This document shows positions 37,575-48,983 of a DNA stretch of 64,000 bases, one piece after another. The stretch lies in NCBI GenBank assembly GCA_051530055.1, contig CM121341.1:15478784-15542783 (forward strand), read 5' to 3'. The notes beneath the pieces are model-generated. The model had not been told where the DNA came from. It worked only from the letters and a program-made list of their open reading frames with translations, and ran no database searches. The number at the start of each line of letters is the position of its first letter. The first letter of the stretch is position 1. Position numbers and translations under genes: made by a program. This DNA comes from Neoechinorhynchus agilis (taxonomy: Eukaryota > Animalia > Acanthocephala).

Positions 37575-39479
37575 TTCGTCTTATCAAAGCACGTAGAAAT
37601 GTTGCAAAGAACTTTAAATGTGCAATGAACGCTTCACTGATGAGCAATAGAAAACGCGCAGTGAGTTGGGAATCTACTCTTAAACTCCTAGTAACTTTTT
37701 GCCGCCTCTCTGATGCACGCAATAAAATTATGGATAATTTTAAGGAAGGTTTTTGAAAGTTTGAAGTGTAGCAGATTAATAATTTAGGGATAATTGTTCC
37801 CTGGACGGTATTTTAATTAACAATGTAAAATTCGGTCGATATTTTAAAAATAAAAATATGCCGGTGTTAATAGGACAACATTCCTAACGATGCTGAAAGA
37901 TTTATTTCGCAGGTATCAATGGTTAGAAATAATCTTAGTCCTAGCATTGAACAGAACCATAAAATCGGAATGCATTGAACACGGAATTCGCTTTAAACTT
38001 TTTAAATATTCATTCGATTGCTTTTCATATGATTCGCATAAAATTTTATAATGAAATTCTTTTGCCTGACAAAACATAGCTCTAACCATCAATGCTAAGT
38101 CAATCTCGTAGACATTCATTCCAAATTTAAGCATTTCCGTTGAAACTTCATTAATGTCAACAAGTGGAAAAAAGAACTAACTCAGGTAGCAATCGATAAT
38201 GTCCTTGAGGTCATTATCGATTGAATTTGTTTCGATTGTACTAGAACCCGCAATTTTTTTCAGGATAAATTCGACGCGAAGGGAAACTCGGTGGTATTTT
38301 AAGTTAATCCGAGCCGTTGATTACTTCAATCCAAAAGTTGGCTTTTTCCTACTGGTCATATAAAACGGAACCATTATTTGATGTAGTATTTCGGTGAACA
38401 CAAAAGTAAAAAACAATGCTAAAAATACCAGTTGCTAAACTTGTCAAATCGTCGTCCTCAACCATCAATTAAGATGTTCTTCGTCTTTCTAGACTTTACA
38501 CATCAATGATTATACCTTATTAACTTGAACACATCACAATGGAACATCTCATAAAAATCATATACAAAAACTAATCTTTGCCATCGATTATCGCCTAAAT
38601 CGCTAAACTAAGGACAATCGAAAAGATAACATGCGGTTGAGATATCAATCGAAAATCAGCCAACTGATCAACATGCGGGTGAACGAACCGATTTTCGTCG
38701 ACATGATCAAATACACTGCGAACCAAGAGACGATAAAATCGTTAAAACACGAGAATATACTTTGCTTGTCCGTCTGTTGTTAAGCCTTCGAGCATGGATA
38801 GAGCAACCCACTTACCGGAAGATTTTATAAGCGCAGAGTATGAATTGCTATCCAAATGGTGCTCAAATAACGGGACGAATTGATTTCCTCACTTACTTTA
38901 TTCTATTTACTTTTGTGGATTGCGTGTGTTTTTCAGCAACCCAAAGAAGCAGTGAATCTTCGAAATAATGGACCAAAATAAATTTGTTTTCAACAACGTA
39001 AATTTCTAAAATAAAGACAATCGAAAAAATTATCGAAGGATTTTGAATGGATAACATGTAGCAAACGAAATTTTGTGTTTTCTCAAAACTAATGAATATC
39101 CAACGAAGAGCGAATCTTTTATTAGGGTGGAAATATTTTAATACAAAACACCGTTCTTAAAAACATACCAAGAAATGCGAAAATGATTTCTTTTGTCTTA
39201 TATTAGAAGCCTCAAATTGCTCCGAGGGCAAAGTGATGACTTATAGAGTACCTCGAGTGCCTCATAGCCAGAACTTGTTTAAAATGGTAAAAATAATAAT
39301 AAACAACAAGCATAATAAGAACGTAATGCTCTACAAACTTTCTCAAATCCATTTATTACAAATGTGATGTAGTCAATTTAAGTACCGTAGTAACGTCAAC
39401 AAGGGTATCGATATGAAGCTTTATTTTATGAAACCAATCTCGGTGTCGCTATTGCAAGTAGAGTACCGACTTGTTAACT

Positions 39480-40690
39480 TTCATGGAAAACATTGTAGGA
39501 ATCCTTGCCTTTCTAGAAGCGTGTAGAAATCTGGTGGTGATTCACAAGCTCAATTTGCAATTCCTCTGCAGAATTGTCAATTTCTATAGCAAATAGCGTC
39601 GAAAAAAGTTGAAATTGTGGCTCCCGTAAAAGTCTGCAAAACGCAAATTAAACTATTGGTGTAACTCAAACAATAAATCTGCATATTCTTTCAAGCATTT
39701 GGGTTAAACTTTGCCCAGGGAATTTAGAGCTGAGAAATTTGCAAAGTTGCTTCATCCATAAACATAATTGAACTCTGAAGGATTTCACACTGTCGTACAT
39801 CTGTGTAATAACCTCTTGTTTATCTTGAAGCCTAATGTTCAGTGTATTGAAGTGATCCGAAATTCAGTTAAAAAAGCAAGGTTGCATTGAATTGTCAAAG
39901 CAGTCAGTAAAGGAACTGCCTTTTTTTTAATTGTACGTTGGCGAAACCTGTCCCCGGTGTTATCGATACTCATTTATTTTCGAGATATTTCACAAGGTTT
40001 TCCTTGCCTTTTCAGTTGCTATTGTTTCCGAAGAAAAATTTATAGTAAGCTGTATCAAATTTACCCCGAGGACAATGATATATGACATTATTTTTAATTG
40101 TCATGAATGAAGCGATTTCATTTCTAAGTGTAAACAAAAACGCCTGCAAAAAAAGACCTGAATTATCCGTGGTTCAACCCTCGGGAACGTATATAATTTA
40201 CTGTTTTAACTACTACATCCATCACCTTTTTCATCTGTACATTTTAATACAAAGGATTTCTTGGTGGAAATAATAAGCTGTCTGTGGCTAAAGGCAAGTT
40301 ATACTTCTCAGTGCATTTTTTCAGGGCTTCAAATAAATCACGTCTCTTCAATGGCAATAGTTCCACCGATTATTCTGTCACATTTAAATTGCGAACCACG
40401 CCTCTTATAAACACAGAATCGGTGCTCTCGTTGAGAGCAATTGATAATGCTTCAAACCCCCCTAGCCGTTTCAGTTAATTGCTTCTCCATATTTGCTGCT
40501 AAATCTGTAATCCTATTGGCTACTTTATTGGGCGATAAGCTTATGTCGTCAAACAGTTTCTTTTGATTGTTAAAAGACATTCTTTAATGAGCGAACCCAA
40601 TTTAAAGGGCCGTGATGACTTTGTAATCATCTCACTTAATTCAGAACTGCCTTACAGAATCCTCGTTGAACTGGTTAATTTTGATAAAGA
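39480..40690 (-). mobile_element. hAT (SPIN/Charlie/GTF2IRD2-type) transposase remnant
   Basis: Broken frames give RPFKLGSLIKECL, FDDISLSPNKVANRITDLA, SIALNESTD, FIRGV, and LAFL..HFNTLNIRLQ..MYDSVKSF.VQL.LW.KQL. Confidence 0.75.
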
Positions 40691-40699
40691 AACGTTGTT

Positions 40700-41820
40700 T
40701 GTATTATGCTGATTTAAATACCCTTCTAAGTTGAATAACTTTATCTTCGTATGCGTTAAATTTCTTCAGCGTACAACACAAGTGTCGAAACGAATAAGAG
40801 GCTTTTTGAAGATCATCTTGGTAGCATTGAACATGTTATCAAGTCTGGACTGGATTTCTTCGACAGGTCAAATAATTTCGGGACGAGAGTTCTTACCAAG
40901 TACACTAATTTTTAGTTTGATGGTCAGAACTATGATCAAAGATATGATGTTGCCATGGGGAGTCCATTGGCACCTCTCTTAGCCGAAATCGGCAGCAGAA
41001 GCACATTAGTGTAAATCATGGTGTCTGATTATGGCTGCGATATGTCGACGACACAAGTATGATTGGAGAACCTCTGTTTATGAGTTTAAATGAAAGAGAT
41101 CCGAACGTACAATAGTGTGTTTTAATTGAGTATAAAGGATCTTTGTAATTCCTTAGCACTTTATAATTGCGTAAATCGCTGCTTAATTTTCTAGGTGCAT
41201 GTCTTAATTTTAGATAATTTAATTTGACAAATACGACCTAGAGTTTATTTATTTGCCTAACTTTCGCCGTTTTACGGCTAAAACAATTGCCCAGTTGAAA
41301 CCAAATAAACTCTAGGTCGTATTTGTCAAATTAAATTATCTAAAATTAACCTTTGCACTTTGATTACCCGATGATCTGATGGCTTCCCATGGACGGTCTA
41401 TCGTAAGGTGACGTACCACTTGGCTTGGTGCCCATCAGCACAGCCGGTTTCCTTCAAAATTTGCAGAATTCGATCCTTTGTCAATAGAGCATACCGTTAT
41501 TGCTCAGATAACTATTGACTCGGGTGTGAGCTGAGTGAGGTTAGGATTTTGCTCAGAAGTAGAGGATATCCCACGAAGCATGTGGGGCACTGTATAAGCG
41601 ATGCGAACTATGCAACCATCAAAAGGCGTTTTTGATAAAGAGAGAATATTTGTGGAATCTCTTCCTCGACTTTTTTAGTTTTTCCTCCTTGGCACACAAC
41701 CACATCGACATCTTACATCAGAGAAGTGATTGAATCACTTAAAAAACTGAGCCATACGGTAAAGATTTTGTACGCATTTCTTCGGATTCTCAGATATCTC
41801 TCGAAGAGGCAGCACTCATC
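40700..41820 (+). mobile_element. Decayed Penelope-like RT fragment interrupted by a palindromic insertion
   Basis: F.FDGQNYDQRYDVAMGSPLAPLLAEI; PSAQPVSFK, SFVNRAYRYCSD; 41710-41820 resembles 35716-35810. Confidence 0.75.
41204..41349. repeat. Palindrome with ~46-bp perfect arms; spacer holds a hammerhead stem II remnant
   Basis: 41204-41250 is the reverse complement of 41303-41349; spacer on the minus strand reads GCCGT-AAA-ACGGC-GAAAG without a CTGANGA core. Confidence 0.85.
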
Positions 41821-41979
41821 AGTGAGTTTCCAAATTAAAAACTTGGAATTTTAAGTTTAAAAGCTCATTAAAGTTTTTCAAACGTGCGGCCGAAATATCG
41901 CACTACAATAGTTTACAATATCCGCCCTAATATCGTTGAATTCAGAATGACTTCGAAGAACTACGTTACTCAAAATACT

Positions 41980-42150
41980 ATTTGCATCCCGCAAAATAGA
42001 ACAGTTCGACGAAATCATTATTTTGTTTCCTTTGGCGTCGAGACACTCGGGTCGTTCGGCAAAGCGGTTCATGACCTTGCCAAAGGACTGCCTATCTCGA
42101 CAATGGGAAGGGAACGCTGTATCCTTGGGAGATCCATAGCGGCTTCTTAA
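41980..42150 (+). mobile_element. CRE-like RLE retrotransposon 3' fragment
   Basis: HYFVSFGVETLGSFGKAV, homologous to the other CRE-like pieces. Confidence 0.65.
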
Positions 42151-42246
42151 ATTGTACAAGAGCTAAACGTTAATAAAGGAACCAAAAAACTCATTGTTAC
42201 CAAGAAAAAAACGACCTTTATTATTCATTTTTTTCTCTTGCAAAAA

Positions 42247-42642
42247 TCACACCCTATGTGGATAAAGCATGATTCGTACCCTGCTACCGATGGCACACGG
42301 AGGGAGATTCCTGGCGAATTTCGCCCTTACCGCACCGCTGTTTCCATGAGTTCTGATAATACGGCCCCATATAACGCGGACTTTGGTAGGATAAGGCTGG
42401 AGCCACTGACGGCGTTTTTTCTTCTTTGCCTTGTAAACATAAGCACATCGCTTTCCAAGATAGAATCTCGCTGATTGTTTATCATGGACGCCTCGAATCT
42501 TCAATAACGACTGATTCTCTTGCTGTTGATGACGTGATCGTCTGTAACCAGTGAACAGTCCCTTCACGTACAACTGGCTAAGAGGACCTCCTTTCGCGTA
42601 CTTTCTAGCGATTCGAACTTGATGTTCAGATGTCGATTCCAT
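42247..42642 (-). CDS. RPL35A: 60S ribosomal protein L35a (eL33), intronless; likely ATG at 42642
   Basis: [55 protein letters not shown]. Confidence 0.95.
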   Translation of the reverse strand: MESTSEHQVRIARKYAKGGPLSQLYVKGLFTGYRRSRHQQQENQSLLKIRGVHDKQSARFYLGKRCAYVYKAKKKKRRQWLQPYPTKVRVIWGRIIRTHGNSGAVRAKFARNLPPCAIGSRVRIMLYPHRV

Positions 42643-43089
42643 GTGAACAGTGGTTTTAGATCGACGACCAAGTCTAAGAAGTGCACGAAGAAAATGCACG
42701 ATGAGATGCGAGACGAAAGAATCCAAGCCTTTGTGACGTCATTAATAAAAGAAACTGACGTTTAGCGCTTAAATGCAAAAAATTCACTGATCAACAGAAG
42801 TAACTCAATTCTCTGATTAACACTACCAAATTGGACCAATGATGTCCTTAGTCACGAAAGAACGGCTTAATTTTTATCATCTCGTCGAGTGTTTAAACGG
42901 ATCGACATTAAGTTTTGAACAAAATTTTGAGTTCAATTGTTAAAATTACGTCATTGAATCGGTCCAATAGAAGAGGTTGATACCCACTTTATAATCAGGG
43001 ACAATATCAGTTTTTGGTTTTAATCATTTTATGCTCTACAGTTTTGGAATATTAATTTAAAAGAGGAATTAGACATTTAGCCTTTCCCT

Positions 43090-43486
43090 ATATCTACGTT
43101 TCCATGCTGCCCAATCTTCCCGGATATCATAACCGGAAATGAACCAGAGGAAAGACCAACCTTACAAGCGCTCCTGCAAATAATAAACTCCAATTCTCAC
43201 CAGAATGGACCTTCCTACTCGATCGGATATTCTCAAACGAACGGACTTTCCCCTTCTTCTCACGCATTTCTCTCTCGAGAGGTTGCGGTTCCCTCGACAA
43301 CCAATTGATCCTGTTTTCGAACGGATTTTCCCGACCTCACCAAATCCGCATTTTCAATCCAATATTGTTTATCGCTCAAATAACGATTACCTTGCCTTCG
43401 TCAAAAATAATGGCATAAAGAGAGGCCAAAGGTACATGAGTCCAATTCTTATTATCTAATAAACAAATAAACGTTTTATTATTATA
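43090..43486 (+). mobile_element. L2-like LINE 3' end with a variant 3' UTR
   Basis: 43090-43235 is the reverse complement of 26757-26900 and 60860-60965; ends with GGCCAAAGGTACATGAGTCC, AATAAACG and (TTA)n. Confidence 0.75.
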
Positions 43487-43599
43487 GATGATCGAAGCAT
43501 ACGAAGAACAATTATCGGTGGCTTGTAAGTACGGGTGTATTCGCCTTATCGGTCTAAACGGAAAATATTTTCTGCGATTAGATCATAAGTGAATCATTT

Positions 43600-45443
43600 T
43601 CTGATCTTAAAAAAATTGAATCGCTTGTAAGTGAGCAAGAAATTTGCCTGGACTCAAGTCAAACAGGGGGTTGTGTTTGTATAACTCACATTCCTCCGGC
43701 AAACTCTCACATTCATCTCATGTCGGCTTGCTGGAATCCGTTTAGGAAAAGTCAAACGTTGTCTACCAAAGTTGGTTATTTTTTCCAATTTGATTCTGGT
43801 ACACTGATCACACTTATTTGGAATGATTGCAATGAGTGCTTTGATCAAAGTACTGACAATCTAAATAGTATCTGGGAAGCACTGACGAAAGGTGCTTTTG
43901 TTGTAAGACGGATTTATGGTTTTAGTCTAATGAACTTAATTTCGATATGTGAGGTACCGGGGAATGTGATTAGAATTATTGTTTTGGTCTACACCCTGTA
44001 AATGAGTATTTACTAAAGACGTTTCGAACCTCGTCGGGTTCATCATCAGTTTGTTTGTTAGTAATAGACGCAATGATGAACCCGACGAGGTTCGAAACGT
44101 CTTTAGTAAATACTCATTTACAGGGTGTAGACCAAAACAATAATTCCAACTTAATTTCCTAGAGAATTGTCCTTGGAGAGAATTGTATCCTTATTTGAAT
44201 TCTTTAATGCATTAGATTTTAATTTTTTTAATGCGAGGGAGAGTTCTGAACATCACCTCTACAGAGCCCCAGAACTGATCAAGAGACGGGATGAACTTTT
44301 CGCTACTTCACATCTCCATGCGCATTTGTAGATTACTGAAGAACTTGTAAACGGCGAAAGCTCGAAAATATAGATTTTCTTTATCATTCCATGTCCATTT
44401 AAAAGCAAAATTTGAAATGTTTTATCTTTGATTGTTCATTTGTCGTAAACTTGTTTTCTTTTTCGTGGTTCACCTCAATTAGTAAAATGCAGATAGAAAA
44501 ATATGACTTTTTAGAAACGCGTGTACGATGAACGCTATATTGGCTTCAGTTTTACTGATGATGAATTCAACAAGATTCGAAACGTCTTTAATAAATAACC
44601 ATTTACCGGTTGTAGACTTCTGAACAATAATTCCAATCACATTCCCCGGTACCTCACATATCGACAAGATGCTTAGTGGAAATTGAATTCAATTATTCGA
44701 TTTTTTAATATTTGACTTGAAGGTTTTGATGTTCATTAAAGAAAATTCGTTATTCTAACTGCCGATTTTAATAACTCGCTAAAAGTCGCAAATCCGTCAT
44801 AAAATATGTTCAAGAGTGTTTTAGACAATGGATAGGTTTAAGTAACCGAATATCTACTCAGACGCTACGAAAAGTGTTTCCGAATTGGAACACTTTTGAG
44901 CAGGGTTTTAACTTTACGGACATTCCTCGTAGAATAATCCCGACCGATTGCTGCCCGAGTGATGTAACCAAAAACTGTCTTGATCTTTCACGCACTCTGG
45001 CACATGTATTGAATACATGCGAACAATCAATCAGAAATTTGATCGGTGAAATGCAATTAGCTTTCATTTGTGCAACGCGATTGGAGTCGTGCGACTCACT
45101 TATTCAATACGGACGAATTGTGCGAATCCTAACGTATTCTGAGACGTTTATGATCGAAAACGAAGACGCTTATTATGATATGATTTTACCAGCTCTTTAT
45201 TTCCAACTAAAAACAGATAAATCAATTATAGACGAATTCTCCACAGTTTCCGATAACACGTTCGGTAAAATTCTGAAGGATCTTTCTGTACGATTAAGCG
45301 AGATTGCTGGGAAAGATTGCGACTTCAAACAAGAATTACTTCAGCAATTGAACGGCTATCTAAATGAGCTAGTTGGAGATTTGGAAGACGAAGAAGACGA
45401 AGAAGATGCGCCTGTGTATGTCACTTTGAATAAATTCGATTGA
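43600..45443 (+). CDS. AAR2: AAR2 splicing factor (U5 snRNP assembly); start uncertain; ~0.9-kb intron filled with Penelope-derived repeats
   Basis: CITHIPP, VGYFFQF..GTLITLIWN, CFRQWIGLSNRIS, VTKNCLDLS, LIGEMQLAFIC, ALYFQL, DNTF, EDAPVYV match the AAR2 motif order; GT-AG intron ~43903/43919-44814/44816. Confidence 0.8.
44018..44049 (-). ncRNA. Minimal hammerhead-ribozyme-like motif
   Basis: CTGATGAT-GAACC-CGACGA-GGTTC-GAA-ACGT-C (GUC triplet). Confidence 0.7.
44555..44586 (+). ncRNA. Minimal hammerhead-ribozyme-like motif, sense to AAR2 pre-mRNA
   Basis: CTGATGAT-GAATT-CAACAA-GATTC-GAA-ACGT-C; stem II differs from 44018-44049 but still pairs (one G-U). Confidence 0.68.
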
Positions 45444-45735
45444 GGTGAGTCGATTTATTTTTTTGCGATCAAAGGATTAGAAATTTTACATAATTTTTTT
45501 AGCAATTAATTGAACCTGATGGCTCATTACATTTTAAAGACAAAATACAAATAAATTGATCGGGTTTGTCATCAGTCTGCAGCACGAAAACAAATTTATA
45601 TATAATTTGGTGAAATTCGAAGGTAAATGGTTCCCCAAAACTCGAATTGGACTTTTTGTAATGTTCTAATTGATCGTTATTAACTATTAGCTGAATTTTG
45701 CTAAGAAACAATTTTATTTTTGCTTAAAGATTTAC

Positions 45736-46460
45736 ATGTTTAAGATGACTGAAATGCTCAACACTGTGTCCAAAAATGCATCGGGGATAAAACGTAAATT
45801 TAGCCGGTCCGATGAAGAACTAAGAAAGAGGATGCGGCTCTTATCCCGTTCTTCATGGTTATCGGGGAATTTCGAGAGATACGATAGACTTACAAAGCCA
45901 GGCGACAGTAGAACGAGTGGCGAATGCGTTCTGTTTCACAGGTTCAATAGTCGTATAGGTTTATTAGCGTTAAGTCTTGATCATCCCATCTTTACTGTGA
46001 AAGACAGAATCATCTCGCGTTTTGAGTACTTAGCAAGTGTTCCGCCAATTCCTAGAGAAGATGGAAAGTGCACGAATCAGCAATTGGGTAACAAAAATCC
46101 TCATAAGAAGCACCAACGAAACGTTCTTTATACTGTAAGCAAAACGGAGCTCGCTTCGATAAAACTGTCTGACGGTTCGAAATACACAATAAAGTGTTGT
46201 TTAGGACTTACTCGTTTTTATGTGCGGGCTCAAAGTTGATCGAAACGCATAAAACGAGTTACGTAAAAGGACGGCTCGTTGAACTAAATGAACGGTTGAT
46301 TGATGCGGATAATACTCAAGAGGTCCTCACAAAAGGAAATTTAGCAGATGACTTTAAGTCATTAAATTGTTCGACCTACTTAGCTGTGATATTGATTGAT
46401 ACTCGGGATGGAAAAGATGCGAAAAAATGCAAGTGGTTACTCAAATATGAAAATGAATAA
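45736..46460 (+). CDS. ABITRAM: Abitram/FAM206A (Simiate)-like protein, two exons
   Basis: CVLFHRFNSRIGLLALSLDHP, LASIKLSDGSKYTI/YVKGRLVELNERL, YLAVIL; in-frame GT-AG intron 46194-46258. Confidence 0.8.
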
Positions 46461-47019
46461 ATTTTATAGACGAGTGATTAGTTGAAGTAAAATTTAATTG
46501 TTGTTGATTAGCGATCAGTTAACATCTTTAGAAAGTAAGGACGAAGCTTGAAACGCAAATTATTAATATTTTTGCCCAAAAATAGATTAGTCTGTTTGCG
46601 CAGTTATATTTGATTTTTATTTAGATTTTATACCGTGATGCCGGAAAGGACTGTGTTTCGTATTCCGGAAATTTAAATCACTGTAAAGATTTTATCTATG
46701 GATTGTTTTAGTCAATGCGAAATAATTTGCTTTTATTAATATTTCGTCCACTACGTGGGACGTTTTCAGGATTTTTTTGCAAGGTAGTCTGTTGCTTATA
46801 AGTGCCTCGAACAAAACAAAATATAAATCACTTCGGAAATCTTAAAAGTCGAATAAATATGGCAATAAACTTACAAGTATTTTTAGTTTTACTCATATTG
46901 CACGAATACTGGTCGCTCCTAAAAAAAAGAGAGCGAAGCTTCGGTTGATTACACTTCTGAAAGCTACTATAAATTTATAAATTTCCTGATATTGTTGATA
47001 CAATCAAGTTGTTTTATAA

Positions 47020-47401
47020 TTAATCTGCCTGATCAAAGATAAAATCAATAAGAGCATCAATATGCGTTTTGTTCCTCATTGGTTGTATCATTCCCTTCTT
47101 TTTTGGCGTTACTTCGAACGGATTTAACAAATACTTTGTAAGCGTGTATCGATTCCAACGAAATCCATGTTTTTTGGCATCATCACTGTACTGGAACCCT
47201 TCAGCACTGGCTACTTGTCGGTTTTCAAGTCCGAACAAATTCGGACCAAATTTGTGTTTACCATTCGATTCAATGGAATGGCAATGTGAGCACAAATGTT
47301 CGAACAAACGTTTAAGGCGGAAATCATGCCACACGCCACACCATTCAGCAGAGTTCCGTCAACATACCTCTTTCTGTTCCTTTACTCTGAACCACCTTCA
47401 T
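47020..47401 (-). CDS. Divergent cytochrome c paralog or pseudogene; 5' splice junction unresolved
   Basis: CSHCH haem motif, GKHKFGPNLFGL, GFQYSD, W...TL.KYL.NP, Met ligand in KGMIQ; putative first exon MKVVQSKGTERG has a GTATGT donor at 47367 but no AG acceptor follows. Confidence 0.75.
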
Positions 47402-48983
47402 TTGCGTCTAGAAAAGAAGGAGTGAGTGCATAAATGACGATATCCAAAAACTCGTCAAGCCGGCAAGCGAACGACGTGAACCATAAATCTTAAACACGTT
47501 CTTCATGTTTTCAACAATTTTAGCAATTAGGCATTCGTGGCAAAAACAATTGAATAAAGTGAGTTGTATTGTACATCGGAAATATAGGTTATCTTTAAAA
47601 ATACACCTGAAAACGCAAACGTACGTTGTTCAAATGCACTCACTTGTGTTGAAGAGCGTCATTGCTTGCGTAAAATGGGAACATTGTTTCTCGAGTTCAC
47701 GTGGTTCATTAAAAAGGGAACATAAAATAACGCTTAAATACTGTAGATTTCCGGAAAAACGTAAAAATGGGATCGTATTTGACGTTGCTAAGGGAGGTGA
47801 GAACGCTTGTTGCAACCGAAATTACAATTTAGCGATGCTATTTTAAGTGTCCAAAGCTTATTTAAGGCCATAAAATTACCATTAGGATGATTATCTAAGT
47901 GTTCCTTTTGTTAAGAAAACCTACAGTGATTGTGAGCAGACTGTGCTTGTTCGACTTATGCATTTCAATTTTCATCAAGCACTCAAAATACTCACTTGTT
48001 AAATATTTTTGAGCAGCCATTGATTCTCAAAACATATTCTGCTTTCTTATCAAAATAAGACTTACCCGAAAAAAATGTGCCTTTATCCCTTAAAGTTAAA
48101 TCCCAAGTGAGTCTTAATCTGTTACGATGCAAAAAAGAGTGAGCCATAAACCCGACGTAATGTTTAACATAGCAGGGTTTTAAAACAGTCCCGAAAAAGT
48201 GGGAGAAAATCATCTAAAAATATAGATTGTTGTGAAAATTAAACTGCAGCCAACTGTTTGCGTACTAAACGTGGATTCCTTGGGCGTTTGAACTTCTCTT
48301 TTAGCATAACATTTCAAGCAAATGTTTGTAATTTTTTTGAAATGAGTATGAATTCGGAAATTTTATATCCCCACATATTACACAATCGCAAATTGCAACA
48401 CAACTTTTGGAGAGTTGGTAAAAGTGAGTTTTATTTGTTGAATATTCTCATTCAAAAGTAGGAGAAAGCAGTCGTGATTCAATACTTTACAAAAGAAATG
48501 ATTTAATTTATGCACAAAAGTGATATTTAAAATGGTTTTATTTAGAGTAACGCATCCTCAAACAACCTGATACACCACTGAGTAATTTCTAAAAGCTTCC
48601 TATTTCCAAAACAAAATTTTCAGACATGTCGGATACTGAATCATCGGATGACGACATTACATCAGTTTTTTATTGCCTTAATGACTTGGGAGTTGAACTA
48701 AGTACTCACTACAAACAACAGGTTTTAAAATTAGCCGCTGTTCATTTACGCACTTTGTATGCCTTGCACCCTTGATCGTTTCGTCGCTGTAGTCGTTGAA
48801 GTTGAAACTACCACTTAAATAATCTAATTCACTTTGACAGAATCTTTTGCGAACGATTAGTGAGGCCTTACGTACCTCGCACATTCCCTTATACTATATA
48901 TCGATTCAAATTTGCATCTATCCTCGGCCTTTCAATTACCTCATGAATGCATTGCGAACAAACAATAGCGTTCGACGTTTCTT

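Larger units (their letters stand above)
43940..44670. mobile_element. Cluster of non-coding Penelope-derived ends with hammerhead motifs inside the AAR2 intron
   Basis: Palindrome 43974-44146; terminus CCCCGGTACCTCACATATCGA inverted at 43942-43962 and direct at 44644-44664; a second family at 44280-44420. Confidence 0.85.

Noticed and set aside
37916-39010. Minus-strand exon-like pieces, one containing FEDSLLLWV (PSMG4-like) and others faintly BACK-domain-like
   Set aside because: The two readings conflict and both need stops or frameshifts; left uncalled pending cDNA or HMM search.
42643-42726. Extra 28-residue N-terminal extension of RPL35A in the ORF track
   Set aside because: More simply 5' UTR in frame with the second ATG; no evidence it is translated.
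43903-44826. Non-canonical splice junction in AAR2
   Set aside because: Two canonical GT-AG solutions exist (43903-44816 and 43919-44814), so no anomaly is needed.
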